Positions 11,589-23,309 of a stretch of 64,000 nucleotides of DNA are shown here, in pieces (the stretch's first letter is position 1; every line of letters begins with the position of its first letter). The notes beneath the pieces were generated by a model. It did not search any database. It was not told where the DNA came from and saw only the letters and a program-made list of their open reading frames with translations. Position numbers and translations under genes: made by a program. Origin of the DNA: Malacoraja senta (taxonomy: Eukaryota); contig CM075979.1 of assembly GCA_038087875.1 (NCBI GenBank), positions 41,850,001 to 41,914,000 on the forward strand. The letters are read 5' to 3'.

Positions 11589-13384
11589 CTGCAAAGAGAA
11601 AACATAAAGAGATTTGACTGTAGTGTTGTTTCTAATGCAATGATTGAATAGAACCATCGGACACTTGACTGATAAATTGGTGTTGGTGAACTTATCTGCT
11701 CTGCCTTCTGAGAACTATATTCTGCACTCTATATCTTCCCCTTTGTTCTACCTATTGCATTCAAGTTTAGCGTGATTATATTTATGTATGTATCTGATTC
11801 GATAGCATGCAAAACAAAGCTTTTCACATACCTTGGTACACGTGACAATAAACCTAAACCTGTTTTATAGTCTTGGGAAGCCTACAAGAAAATCATGCAA
11901 CCTCAAATGCTTGAATATCAAAAATATATCTTATCATGACTTCTTGAACTACCGGAAGCAAATAGCTATATTTTTGACATACTAACTAAAATATAACATA
12001 ACAGCATTTGGCCTGTGCCTGTCTGGTTAAATGACAAAACTGATTTCTTTGCTTGTTCGTTGGTCCCTATATGCCTTTAAGAGGGATTAAATTATTTTCT
12101 GCCAATGAACTTTGGTCCCTCCAACCTGCCCTTCTTTACTCCAACTTTGCTGAAAAGAAGCCATGAGGAAAGTGATTTCAACTAATTGCCCAAAGTAAAC
12201 ACCTCTCTTCAAAAGTTCCAATTGGTCATCCATGCCATGGCAGATGAAGAATGGGGCTCAAGAATTAACCCCAACCTCCTTAATCAGTAGTCCCTTTTGA
12301 AGAAACACATCAGCTTGAACTGTTAACTCTACTCTCTCCTCAAAATTAGTTTAATCTGCTAAACATTTGACATTTTATGTTCTTATTTCTAGCATTTACA
12401 ACATCTTGTTTTTGGTTGAATAACATCATGTTGAAGGCTCCCTCAAGTGAAGCCAAGGAACTCAAAGTAAAGCAGAAATGCCCAAATTTAAAACAACCTA
12501 CTTATTATGTAATCGTGTACTCTAATGCAAATATCACTTTGGGACAGGGAAACAGTGATATATTGAAAATGAATAATTAACTTTCACATTCTAAGAACAT
12601 TTTGGACATTCTCTGATATCTAGCTATTAAGCAAAACCTAGTCATTTGGAAAACTGTGTTGCAATTAAAGCAGAGTGATTTAAACTTTATTAGTTATTAC
12701 TATTTATTCATTACAACAAACTTTCTCATCAAAGACAAATCATCTGCACTTGGTACTAACCTCAGTAACAAGAATTAAATCTAACACAAGATGGGGGTGA
12801 AGAGGATGTTTCCTCTTGTGGGAGAATCTAGAACTGCACGTTACAGCTTTTAAAAATAAGGGGTTGCTCACTTCGGGCAGAACTAGGGCAAACCTGTTTC
12901 TCTGAGAGGGTCATGAGTGTTTGAAACTATCTTCCTCAAAGCAACGGGGGGGTATATCGGGATATTTTCTAGGCAGAGTTAAATAGATCCTTAATAGGCA
13001 AAGCATGAAAGAATACCCTGTGAAGATAGGAATGCGGAGTGGAGGTTAGAGCCAAATTTTTTAATGACTATTAATTTGCGGAGCAGGCGTGAGGGTCGAG
13101 TGGTTGACTCCTGTTCGTGATTCACACATGTGAACCTTTGATGACTACATCAATGAATCGTTGCTGGTGCCACCAAGAGCAAGAGGCTGTTCCGCCTCAC
13201 ACCAGCAACCTGTACCGTGCCATCCAAAACGTTTCTCAGCAATTAACCTTTTCTATTTCACCCACTGTTGAAATGCTCAAGCTACAGAGAAAGTGTCAAC
13301 CACCGCCAGTCACCATCTATGACTTAAGATTAACAGAATGTCAGTTTGTGTGTGTGTGGGGGGGGGGGGGGTGTTGGGGGGAGG

Positions 13385-13582
13385 GGAGTGGCACAATGGT
13401 AGAGCTGCTGCCTCACATGGCCATAGACCCGGGTTCAGGGGGCTCGAGAAGGGTGGTGACAATGGCAGAGCTGCTACCTCCCGTGGCCAGAGACCCAGGT
13501 TCGATCCTGACCGTGGGTGTTGTCTGTACTGAGTTTACATGTTATCTCTGTGGCCGCGTGGGTTTTCCCCGGGTGCTCCGTT
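13385..13582 (+). mobile_element. V-SINE 5' fragment with duplicated tRNA-like head
   Basis: Two copies of G(G/T)(C/G)ACAATGG.AGAGCTGCT.CCTC..TGGCCA.AGACCC.GGTTC, then V-domain GCGTGGGTTTTCCCCGGGTGCTCCG. Confidence 0.65.
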
Positions 13583-13597
13583 TCAATATATTTGTCA

Positions 13598-14360
13598 CAT
13601 AGATACATAGAAAATAGGTGCAGGAGTAGGCCATTCGGCCCTTCGAGCCTGCACCGCCATTCAATATGATCATGGCTGATCATCCAACTCAGTATCCCGT
13701 ACCTGCCTTCTCTCCATACCCCCTGATCCCCTTAGCCACAAGGGCCACATCTAACTCTCTCTTAAATATAGCCAATGAACTGGCCTCAACTACCCTCTGT
13801 GGCAGAGAGTTCCAGAGATTCACCACTCTCTGTGTGAAAAAGTTTTTCTTTATCTCGGTCTTAAAGGATTTCCCCCTTATCCTTAAGCTGTGACCCCTTG
13901 TCCTGGACTTCCCCAACATCGGGAACAATCTTTCTGCATCTAGCCTGTCCAACCCCATAAGAATTTTGTACGTTTCTATAAGATCCCCTCTCAATCTCCT
14001 AAATTCTAGCGAGTATAAGCCAAGTCCATCCAGTCTTTTTTCATATGAAGGTCCTGACATCCCAGGAATCTGTCTGGTGAACCTTCTCTGCACTCCCTCT
14101 ATGGCTATAATGTCCTTCCTCAGATTTGGAGACCAAAACTGTACGCAATACTCCAGGTGTGGTCTCACCAAGACCCTGTACAACTGCAGTAGAACCTCCC
14201 TGCTCCTATACTCAAATCCTTTTGCTATGAAAGCTAACATACCATTCGCTTTCTTCACTACCTGCTGCACCTGCATGCCTACTTTCAATGACTGGTGTAC
14301 CATGACACCCAGGTCTCGCTGCATCTCCCCATTTCCTAATCGGCCACCATTTAGATAATA
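13598..14360 (-). mobile_element. CR1 LINE 3' fragment with intact 224-aa ORF2 C-terminus
   Basis: ORF 13689-14363 has RDLGV..KKANGML..LVRPHLEYCVQFWSP..RLRGDLIETYK. The 3' UTR closely matches the copy at 1-470. Confidence 0.93.
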
Positions 14361-14521
14361 CACTAGTTTACAAGCCCATCTGTTATTTATTGATTGTCAT
14401 AACAATATTTTGTTTAACAATATTCTGGACCAATTTCCGAGAAGTAGCTGGAATCGTCAATAAAGTTCAGATAGTCTAAAAAATATATAATGGATCGCTA
14501 GAAAAAGACCGGGATATTTAC

Positions 14522-14693
14522 CTGGGATGATCAGGGCATCGGTGTCATTGATGATGAGTTCAGTGAGGTCTTTGATGTTGCCCCTGGCGATCCGGCTGCT
14601 CTCCACCAGCACGTTGCGCACTTCTTTAGTGGGTTGTCCAGTCTTATGATCCACGACGTGCATCTGGTTCACGTTAGGGGCATAGAGTTGCAC
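14522..14693 (-). CDS. GATD3-like: GATD3/ES1-like protein, exon 2
   Basis: TTCCAG|GTG...CCAG|GTAAAT. Encodes VQLYAPNVNQMHVVDHKTGQPTKEVRNVLVESSRIARGNIKDLTELIINDTDALIIP, with the RNVL.ES.RIARG family signature. Confidence 0.95.
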
Positions 14694-14978
14694 CTGGAAC
14701 AAAACGAAACAAACTTTTGGAAGCAACGAGCTAAAGAGGCAGCTGGAAACAGAATGGGTGCGGTCGGATGGACGGTGAAACCGGTGACAGTAATTGCCGA
14801 AAGCAAAAGGAAATTAATCAGGGAGAGTGAAATATTTAGCACGAGACGCAAAAATGAAAGGATTGGATCTGAGCCTAATGTGACTGTGTGCAAGCGATGT
14901 CAGTTTCAACGCGAGGTCGGATGGAAAGTGAAAATGAAGAAGCGTTTCTGGCGATGAGCTGGGGGAAAGCGGACGTAC

Positions 14979-15089
14979 CTCAGCCCCGGCCCGGCTTAGC
15001 TGAACCATCACCGCCGAGGATTCGTGCACCTCGGAGCCGTCGTAGACACCACAACCGGACAGGATGACAGCCACTCGTTTCTTTGCCAT
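14979..15089 (-). CDS. GATD3-like: GATD3/ES1-like protein, exon 1 (total CDS 678 nt, 225 aa)
   Basis: Encodes [37 protein letters not shown], then donor GAG|[18 protein letters not shown] is the ES1/ElbB signature. Confidence 0.95.
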
Positions 15090-15169
15090 GTTCGACCCAG
15101 GCGGTGCAGTAATAGCGTGAGGTTTCAGTGGATCCTGACACAGTTGTCTCTCCGCTCTTTGTCGCCGGG

Positions 15170-15176
15170 TTTTATA
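15170..15176 (-). promoter_or_regulatory. TATA box of the GATD3-like gene
   Basis: TATAAAA on the minus strand ~80 nt upstream of the ATG, in a CpG-containing region. Confidence 0.6.
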
Positions 15177-17075
15177 GTGTGGAATGGTACCGCCCAGCGG
15201 CGGGGACTTGACTATGTAAATTATTTACTTGGCTCTCTCTCAACTTCCTGATTAGTCCTGACCAGGTAATTCTAAGGAAGACAAATACTCCCGGTCACCT
15301 TCAAACATTTATATTATATTTTCTAATTAATCGAAGCACATTCACAAGTTTATCGCATAATTTCTATTGTCCTGGCGTCACTTTTAAAGAAAATTGCCTT
15401 GTCATGCTGATTTTGGAAAAAACACGCATTGTGTTTGGTAACACCCTCATTCCCCCATCCACCCCCCACCCACCGACACCAGGAAATAGACGGAAGCCCG
15501 GGGCAGCTTCTGTATTTACCTCCTCAGATAATGTCCGTGCAATCTAGCACGTTTGTTGGTACCTGTCAACCAAAAGTCGTTTCAAATAACAATCGGTACC
15601 ATTAAAATGCTAACGGCATTAAATTGACACCTGAAAATTTCAGTGAAATAGGAAGGAACGGCAGATGCTGGTTTATACCAAAGATAGACACAAAGTGATG
15701 GAGAAACTCATCTCATCTCGTCAGGCAGCATCTCTGGAGAAAAGGAATACGAATAGGTGTCCATCTCCGCTGAATGGCCCGCTGAGTTACTCCAGCACTT
15801 CGTGTCGATCTTTATTTGACACCCGTTCCGTTATCTATTGCTTCTGAGGATAATCACTTTAAATTTGATTTTTCTAATTATCTGGTTCTCGCCCAAATAG
15901 CCATTCTTCTGTGAATGCACAAAACGCCACCAGCCAGTTCACCACGCCCTTGCCCAATCCAAATCCACATTCGGGGGGAGGCGACCAAGATGAGCAAGGT
16001 CTTGATCGTTGGAACAAAAGGTGCTGGAGTAACCCAGCGGGTCAGGTGGCACCTCTGGAGATCATGGACAGGTGGCGTTTCGGGAGGGAACGAGCCCGTA
16101 CAATTTAAGAGAAACAAGAGCAGATCTATTTGGCATTCAAATTAAGATTAAGTAATTCAGGTTGTGCAGAAAGTCGGTTTGGTGTTTAACATCCACACCG
16201 CATCATCAAATGCCAAATTTGTGAGCTGTAGCAATAATTACTAAGGACGTCGCACCCATATCATATGTTCCAGATTTCCTGGAAAGCTAAGAAACTGTTT
16301 CTAAAGAGGAGATGTGTTCACATAGCATACTGGGCGGATTCTAAATGACCCAGGATGTCTTTTACGCCCGATTAAAAACTTGAAAATATATAATTTTCGG
16401 TACATTTTATAGCTACAATAATTTACACGATTACAGAATGCTAAACATGATTCTAAACATGAAGCTTAAACCACGGGTTCCTAAATTGATCATGATTATA
16501 AGATTGTCTTAAATTAACATGAATCAAGTGACTTAATTGTAACTTGCAACGATACATATGTGAGTATAGGGTAATGAGCAGAACAAATTTATTAAGCAAG
16601 TCCCATCATTGCAAAGCATCCAGTACTTAACAAAGACAGCAAAAGAGAGGTGATTCTGGGAAAAGTAGAGCCAAGATATATGTCACCATTTTCCAAGCTG
16701 ACGTGACAAAACTAAAATGCCTGCAGACCCTTTTCCCATTTCCAAGAGGCGTGTTTGTGGACCTGTGTGTCCTGCATGTACTAACTCGAAAGGTAATCCG
16801 AGGACTGGGATTAGATGTGCGTACTTGCTTGCCCACTTGCCTCCTTGGGGATCTACAGTTGCTGGGCATTCTTACCCGTTTCCCCATTCAGTGCATGAAC
16901 CATATGACTTTAAATCACCGCACAGCGGAATTCAGTTCTCGTGATCGAGTGGGATTGCTTCATGTGATGATTTCTTCACATGGGATTTCCCCGTCATAGT
17001 GCTATCATAAGGCAGAGAAATTAATTGAATGAGAGCTAATAAAAGAGAATATAAGCTTCACTTAGGTTCATCGAT

Positions 17076-17240
17076 ATAGAAACATAGAACATAAGTGAAG
17101 GAGCAGGCCATTCGGCCTTTCGAGTCCAATTTGATCATGGCCGATCATCCAAAATCAGTACCCCGTTACTGCTTCCCCCCCCCCCCCCATATCCCTTGAT
17201 TCCGTTAGCCCTAAGTGCGATATTAACTCTTTTGAATACA
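17076..17240 (-). mobile_element. CR1 LINE 3' fragment
   Basis: ATAGAAACATAGAA tail plus GGAGCAGGCCATTCGGCC...GATCATCCAAAATCAGTACCCCG. Confidence 0.7.
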
Positions 17241-18692
17241 TCATATTTGGATCTTTCACCATGAGAATCCCCTTGGTAATTGTCGCTACAATTGCTGGTA
17301 ATTTTCGTTGTTGCCTTTCTAACGTTTGGCGCTGCTTGTGGTCTGTCTCCCTAATTTAGAACTTAACTTGTGGACCAGACCTGTCTTTATCCGTAACTAT
17401 TTTAAAGCTAATAAAACTGTGCTCGCCGACCCCGAAAGGTTCACCCACTGAAACAATTATATAAGAGCAGGCCAATCTTTGCCCTTTCCCTTGTCGAGTC
17501 CGATACATATTGCTGAGAAAACTTTCCTAAACACATTTGATAATTACACTTCGTTTAAGCCATCGTGGTGTTCTAAAAAGGGCAGGTGCTATGTAAACCC
17601 AAGCTGTCCTCTCCACCCCCACCCTTGAAGGGAAGAGTTTGTGTGTGTGGGGGGGGGGGGGGGTGCGGACAACACGCGTGGTGTCAATTGCGAGGCTTCA
17701 GAGTGTTTGTTCTTAAATACGTCGCCAAAGCATAGATCCTACCCGTCCATTAATTAAGTGTCTCCACCCACGGAGAGTTCTTTACAACTGTTAACCTGTA
17801 AGAAGGGAACTATCAATAATTGAAACGAATCGGTCTGGTCAATTGCCAGGCATTAAACAAAATAGTAATCAAATGATACGACGCGAGTGAAAATCAACGG
17901 CTGAGAGGTGTGTTTCAACTGGATCAAATTGATGGGTGGTGTTCGTACGGTAAGTAAAAAAGTCAGCCCTGTCCCACTGTACGAGTTCATTCAAGAGCTC
18001 TCCCGAGTTTAAAAAAAAATCAAACTCGTGGTAAGCACGTAGAATCATACACTGCCTCTCTCTTGGAAGTGAGACGGGGAAGGTGCTGGTAGTCAGCATC
18101 TCGCAAGCAGGGTCCCAGTTTGTCTTCATAATTAATACAGTCTCAGACGGAAATAGTGAATAAACGCCTTATGTCTCTCCTAAACTCATCTAAATTTTAA
18201 GTATATTTGAACACATATTAAACATCCACATTTGGAATTATATCGTTTCAGTCGTGTAGCTATTTGTCCAAGTATTTTATTTCAACAATCGACAGTCACA
18301 TTTTTATAACTCGAGGCTACGTACTGGTTCTCGCTCACACCCAGTGTAAGAAAAAAACAGGTAAATTGTATTTCCGTGCTGGCTTCTTCCGCGTTGTTGG
18401 GCGTTGACGTTTTACAGACCCTGTCAAAGCACTCTGCGGCGATTTAATTTCACCGTCTGGTTAATTTATTGATGAGTTGGCTACAGGCGAGGAGCGTGGA
18501 GATGGGATTGGTTTCCCATCGGAGAGCCGGTCACTTGTATGAATCTGGTATTTTAACCAATCTCAATATACAACGAGGATTCTGCACAATGTGCTTATGC
18601 CTCTAGACAGTATGTCCCTTCTCTCCAGCCACACACCCAACTGTGTCTTTCAACCCGCCCAGGCTCGGTCTTCTTAGTAGTTGCCGTCTACA

Positions 18693-19015
18693 CTTAGTTT
18701 AGTTTAGAGATAGAGCATGGAAACAAGCCCTGAGGACCACCACGTCCATACTATTATCCCACGCTCACCTCCACTCGGCACAGTGGCGCAGCGGTATAGT
18801 TCCTGGCTCACAGCGTCAGGAACCCAAGTTCGACCTGACTACGGGAGATATCTGCACAAAAGTACCCACAAAGACGTGCAGGTTTGTGGGTTATATGACC
18901 TGCAAATTGCCCATAGTGTGTCGGATAGAACTAGTGTAAGGGTGATCGTTGGTCGACCAACGATCGGCGCGGACGGTGGGTCGAATGGCCTGTTGCCACG
19001 CTGTATCACTAAACC
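18693..19015. mobile_element. Two adjacent V-SINE fragments (minus-strand tail 18693-18775; plus-strand internally deleted copy 18777-19015)
   Basis: TTAGTTTAGTTTAGAGATAGAGCATGGAAACAAGCCC, then GGCACAGTGGCGCAGCGGTA...CAAAGACGTGCAGGTTTGT...GGCCTGTTGCCACGCTGTATCACTAAAC. Confidence 0.65.
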
Positions 19016-19454
19016 CTACACTGGGGAAAATTTTACAGAGATCTTTTATTCAAAGAGAGTTTAAAGTGCAAACTGTATTTCTGCAGACGAAACTGCAGGT
19101 TATTTCAGATTTTCAGTTACCTTAAAGGTTGGTGAGGACATGTTCAACGTCTGCTTTGGGTCAAAATCTAAAGGAAGAAACGGGCTAGAGTTTTGCGGAC
19201 CCGCACACTTCGTCCTAACATTTTCTATTGCATTTTCTTGTATTACTAGCTTCTCTCTCGTACGTGAAATTGTGCATTATCCCTAGAGGTCAAACACCTT
19301 TCTTTGCCTTTGTTGCATTTGATTCTGGAGCCACTTTGCGAGCTGCGATATAACGGTGGCAGGTGGAATGACAACGCGCCTCCAGCACCCAACCGAGAGT
19401 CTTCCGTGGGATTTGCATATTCTGCGTGTCTGGCAGTAGGAGGAGGGAGGTTGA

Positions 19455-19461
19455 TATAAAA
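19455..19461 (+). promoter_or_regulatory. TATA box of the SatP-repeat/YrdC gene
   Basis: TATAAAA ~150 nt upstream of ATG 19604, in CpG-rich sequence. Octamer ATTTGCAT at 19411-19418. Confidence 0.55.
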
Positions 19462-19603
19462 GAGCAGCAAGGAGCTGCTGATTCATCTGTGGACCGAGAA
19501 GTCGGCGCACATCGTCGAGTCTTACGAAATATTCAAGGGAAAATTCATGTCATAGAGTTCAGCTCAATATTTACAACACATTCTTCTCAACTCAGAGCTC
19601 GAC

Positions 19604-19673
19604 ATGATGGAGCAAGAATACGACGGCGTCGAGACGCTGCACTATTCCGTGGGGATTCTCAGTATAAGCGCAG
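19604..19673 (+). CDS. SatP/YaaH-like repeat membrane protein with YrdC domain, exon 1 (total CDS 2598 nt, ~865 aa)
   Basis: GACATGATGG start. Encodes MMEQEYDGVETLHYSVGILSISA, then donor CAG|GTAATC. Phase 1 joins exon 2 in frame. Confidence 0.75.
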
Positions 19674-19755
19674 GTAATCGCCGAGCCTTCAAGCATTTCC
19701 TCCTAAATTTGTTTCATTGGTTATAAAGGATAACCCCTTGTTTATTGTGTGTTAG

Positions 19756-19860
19756 GTGCTCTGTTGCTGGCTGTGAATTACTATTCCACTGTTCCGCTGA
19801 TCCCCAGCACGGCTCTCGGTATTTTACTGCTTATCGTGGCGGCTCTCCTATGCTATACAG
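19756..19860 (+). CDS. SatP-repeat/YrdC gene, exon 2
   Basis: TTAG|GT...CAG|GTGAGT. Encodes the hydrophobic GALLLAVNYYSTVPLIPSTALGILLLIVAALLCYT. Phase 1-1. Confidence 0.85.
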
Positions 19861-22090
19861 GTGAGTTACAAACACTGAGGAGAATAAGACATCGTTGCTG
19901 TTGGCGGGCGTTCCAGTGTGCTGAATTACAATGCAAACTCTTGCTATTAACACTCGTTATTATCTGGTTAGCCTGTGTGAATAGAGATGAGAGCGCTATG
20001 ATAATATTTGAGATATTTTCCTTGATGCAAACGTAGTAATTATCGCCAACATCCACCCGGTCTCACACACGCTTGCGTTTTGCACCTGAAACGCCACCTT
20101 GTGGCGGGTTGTAGTTGCTTTGCCATCTATCCACTTCATTGCCATTGAAAGGATATTCAATTAAGTGAGTACTCGGGGAAGGCACCAAAAGATACAAAGT
20201 GCTGGAGTAACTCATGAGGCAACATCCTTAGAGAACATAGCAAGGTGACGTTTCGGGTCCGGATTCTTCTCCGGACTTCTCACTGAAAAGTTACGTGGCA
20301 CTTTTAATCAGTGGAACTGATTATTAATCGGGGATCGTGTTTTCATCCTAGACCTCTGGGTTTTCGTCTACCCGTGTGTGGTGGCTTGATTTATTCAAGA
20401 TCAGGATTAGAGCCCCCCTCAGGAATATCTACACCCGACTGGGTGAAATTTTTCTAAAACCAGTTTACAATTCTTGGTCATTTATATAAACCAGAAACTG
20501 CACAAAGCGCCCGAAAAACGTAAGTTTTTTTTAAATTGGAAGAAGATTTAGATCACTCCTTAAACCATCTAATGTACATATCAATATTTATCTAACACCC
20601 CTACATTTAAAATACATAATATTAAAAGCAATTATTTTTTTGGAAGATGGGACTCAAACCTGGAGATCTAACACTCTCTTCATCACTACAACTAGACATT
20701 TGGGGGGCATTGGTAACATCATAGTTATGTTACTTGGCCAATAATATAGAGCTTTGAATAATTATCTTAAAGCACGTTCAAATCCTATCCAAAAGCTGGA
20801 GAATTTAACTCCTGCTCACTGATTACATTGTCAACATCCAAAACATTTTTTGTCAATTCTGATTATGGACTGCCTCAAGGAAACTCCAAGAGGAAGAGGT
20901 CTACATTCCTGGTCAAGTTTTGACCTACAGGTTCAGAGCCTTAACAGCTATCTGAAGTTGCCAATGAAGTCACCTAGTTGTACCTAAAACAATATACCCT
21001 GTGAAGATACATATTTATCTGCAGGTTTAGGATGAGGCATCTGACCACTTTCAGAAGGGTACCGTGATAATAAAGCTCACATTTCACGAATAAATGTCAC
21101 ATAGAGGATATATTTAAGGAAATGAACTGGTTTGCCATCTGTATAAATTTCCACTGTAAGGCATAGATTAAGCATATTATTTATTGTGGTAATTTCAAAT
21201 TATTTATGAAGTTTGCCTTGTTTGGAAGTTATCTCCTTGGACATTTCAGTTCAGCATTATTTATGCAATCTTAAATGGAATACAGTGTCAATCAATGGAT
21301 GGATACAAGACTCCAAAAAAACCATAAAAGGTCACAAGTATCATGTCTGTGGAGGAAGTTCAGAAGGAATAAAACCATATTTGGTGATGAGGATTGAACT
21401 CGAATGAGTTCACAGACAGACGGGGAACCATACACGTTGTTATCATACTATGATTGAATTAGTTTTATATATTTTGGGTTCGCGTGACAAACTTCAAAGG
21501 GATAAGATAAAAAGTGAAGGAATAGAATAAAGGAGAATATAAATTGATTAAAAGCTGTATATATGTGTATCTGCATGCAAAGTGTAAAACAGGAAATAGG
21601 GAATAGTGACTGAGGATCATTAGTCAGACTGATGAAACAAAGGAAGTGTGATTAATGCTTGGAATAATTCACACAATTGTTTTAGACTTAAAGATGATGC
21701 GGCTGGGGGGAGGGGGAGAAATTGTAAGTGCAATTTCAAATGTTGCCAAAGATCCCAAATTGGGAGATCTAAAGGGCAAATGTGTCAGAAGGATATTAAT
21801 AACATTTCAGAATGCATGTGTAATTGGCAAATTAAGTTCAGTGTAGCTGAGTATGTAATGTATGTAGTGCATTTTGATTAGTAGAATTAAGGAATCAATA
21901 TATCTCGGATCACAAAATTTTGATGGATGGCAAGATAACAGCAACACCGGTGAATGAGGCCGTTATAAAAAAACTGTAAACTAAGGACTGGAGTTTATTT
22001 GGAATGTAAATATGTTGTTAAACTTGCACTGAACTTTGTTTGATCCAGACTTTAATAATTATTCGCTCTTCTGCCTTTCATATTGTAAAA

Positions 22091-22240
22091 TAGGGGCTAG
22101 TGGAGTCAAGGGATATGGGGAGAAGGCAGGCACGGGTTATTGATAGGGGACGATCAGCCATGATCACAATGAATGGCGGTGCTGGCTCGAAGGGCCGAAT
22201 GGCCTCCTCCTGCACCTATTTTCTATGTTTCTATGTTTCT
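22091..22240 (+). mobile_element. CR1 LINE 3' fragment
   Basis: AAGGGATATGGGGAGAAGGCAGG...GGCTCGAAGGGCCGAATGGCCT...CTATGTTTCTATGTTTCT tail. Confidence 0.85.
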
Positions 22241-23309
22241 AAAAAAGAGATGCATGCATTGGATAATCAATAAATGGCAACTGCCTGAAACGTCAAATAA
22301 AAACAGAAAATGCAAGGAAGATTCTGTATGGTCAGGGAGCATCTGCGGATAAAGAAATAGATTTAACATTTTCGATAATGTCAATTCATTAACTTGAAAT
22401 GTTAATTCTGTTGCTCTTTCCATCAATGCTGCTTCAGTTGGCTGTGAATTTCTAATATTTTCTATTTTTATTTCAGCTATTGATGTAAAAATTACGAGTA
22501 ATTTTGTTTTTAGAGCTAAGCAAAACTTGTGGGAGCTTTACCCCATTTGACTAGAAGCCTGCTAAAGGGCTTTTACAACAAGATGACAGTGTTGATATGG
22601 AGAAAATATCTTTGCTTAAGTTGAGTTTAAAACCAGAGTTCATAAGTATACAACTGATAAGTTTCATTGGTTATCCAGGAAACACTTTGTTTCCCAATGT
22701 TAAGAATATGAGACTCACTACAACATGGATGAGTGGAGGTAAATTTATCTCCATGTAGGAGTAGAGGTAAATGGCACAAATGCCTTCAGGAGGAAGCTGG
22801 AATGCACACAAGGGTGAAATGAAAAGAAACATATTATATGATGGTAGGCGTAAATGAAATAGATTCAGATTAGCTTATTGTCATAGGGGGCAATGAGATT
22901 TCTTGATCATATGAAGCTACTAGAGGAAACAGTACGCATGGTGATGACAGATACAACAATAAATACAATGACAAATGCAAAACAGATGGTGCAAAGATTA
23001 TACAACAATCTGAAGCAGTGCAATAAAATAAGATGGGGGAAAAAGCAAAATACTGCAGATTCCAAAAATCCAAAATTAGTCTTAATGTTCTGTTGGAAGA
23101 TCAACATGAAATGTGAATTTTATTTTCCTCACCCACCAATGCCGCTTGGAATCTTTAAGCGGGTAGATTGTCATTTGAAGCTGAAGAATGTATAGACTAT
23201 GGAGGAAGAATGGCTAATGGTGTAGTTCACACTCAGTGTAATTGGTGAATGTGTGTAAAACCTATGTCATCTCCTTTACTATTTATTTTCTGCTTGTTTT
23301 TTTTTTCAG

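Noticed and set aside
13689-14363. 224-aa ORF (and 196-aa ORF at 56009-56599) as host genes
   Set aside because: Both are CR1 LINE ORF2 C-terminal fragments with the LINE 3' UTR and tail attached.
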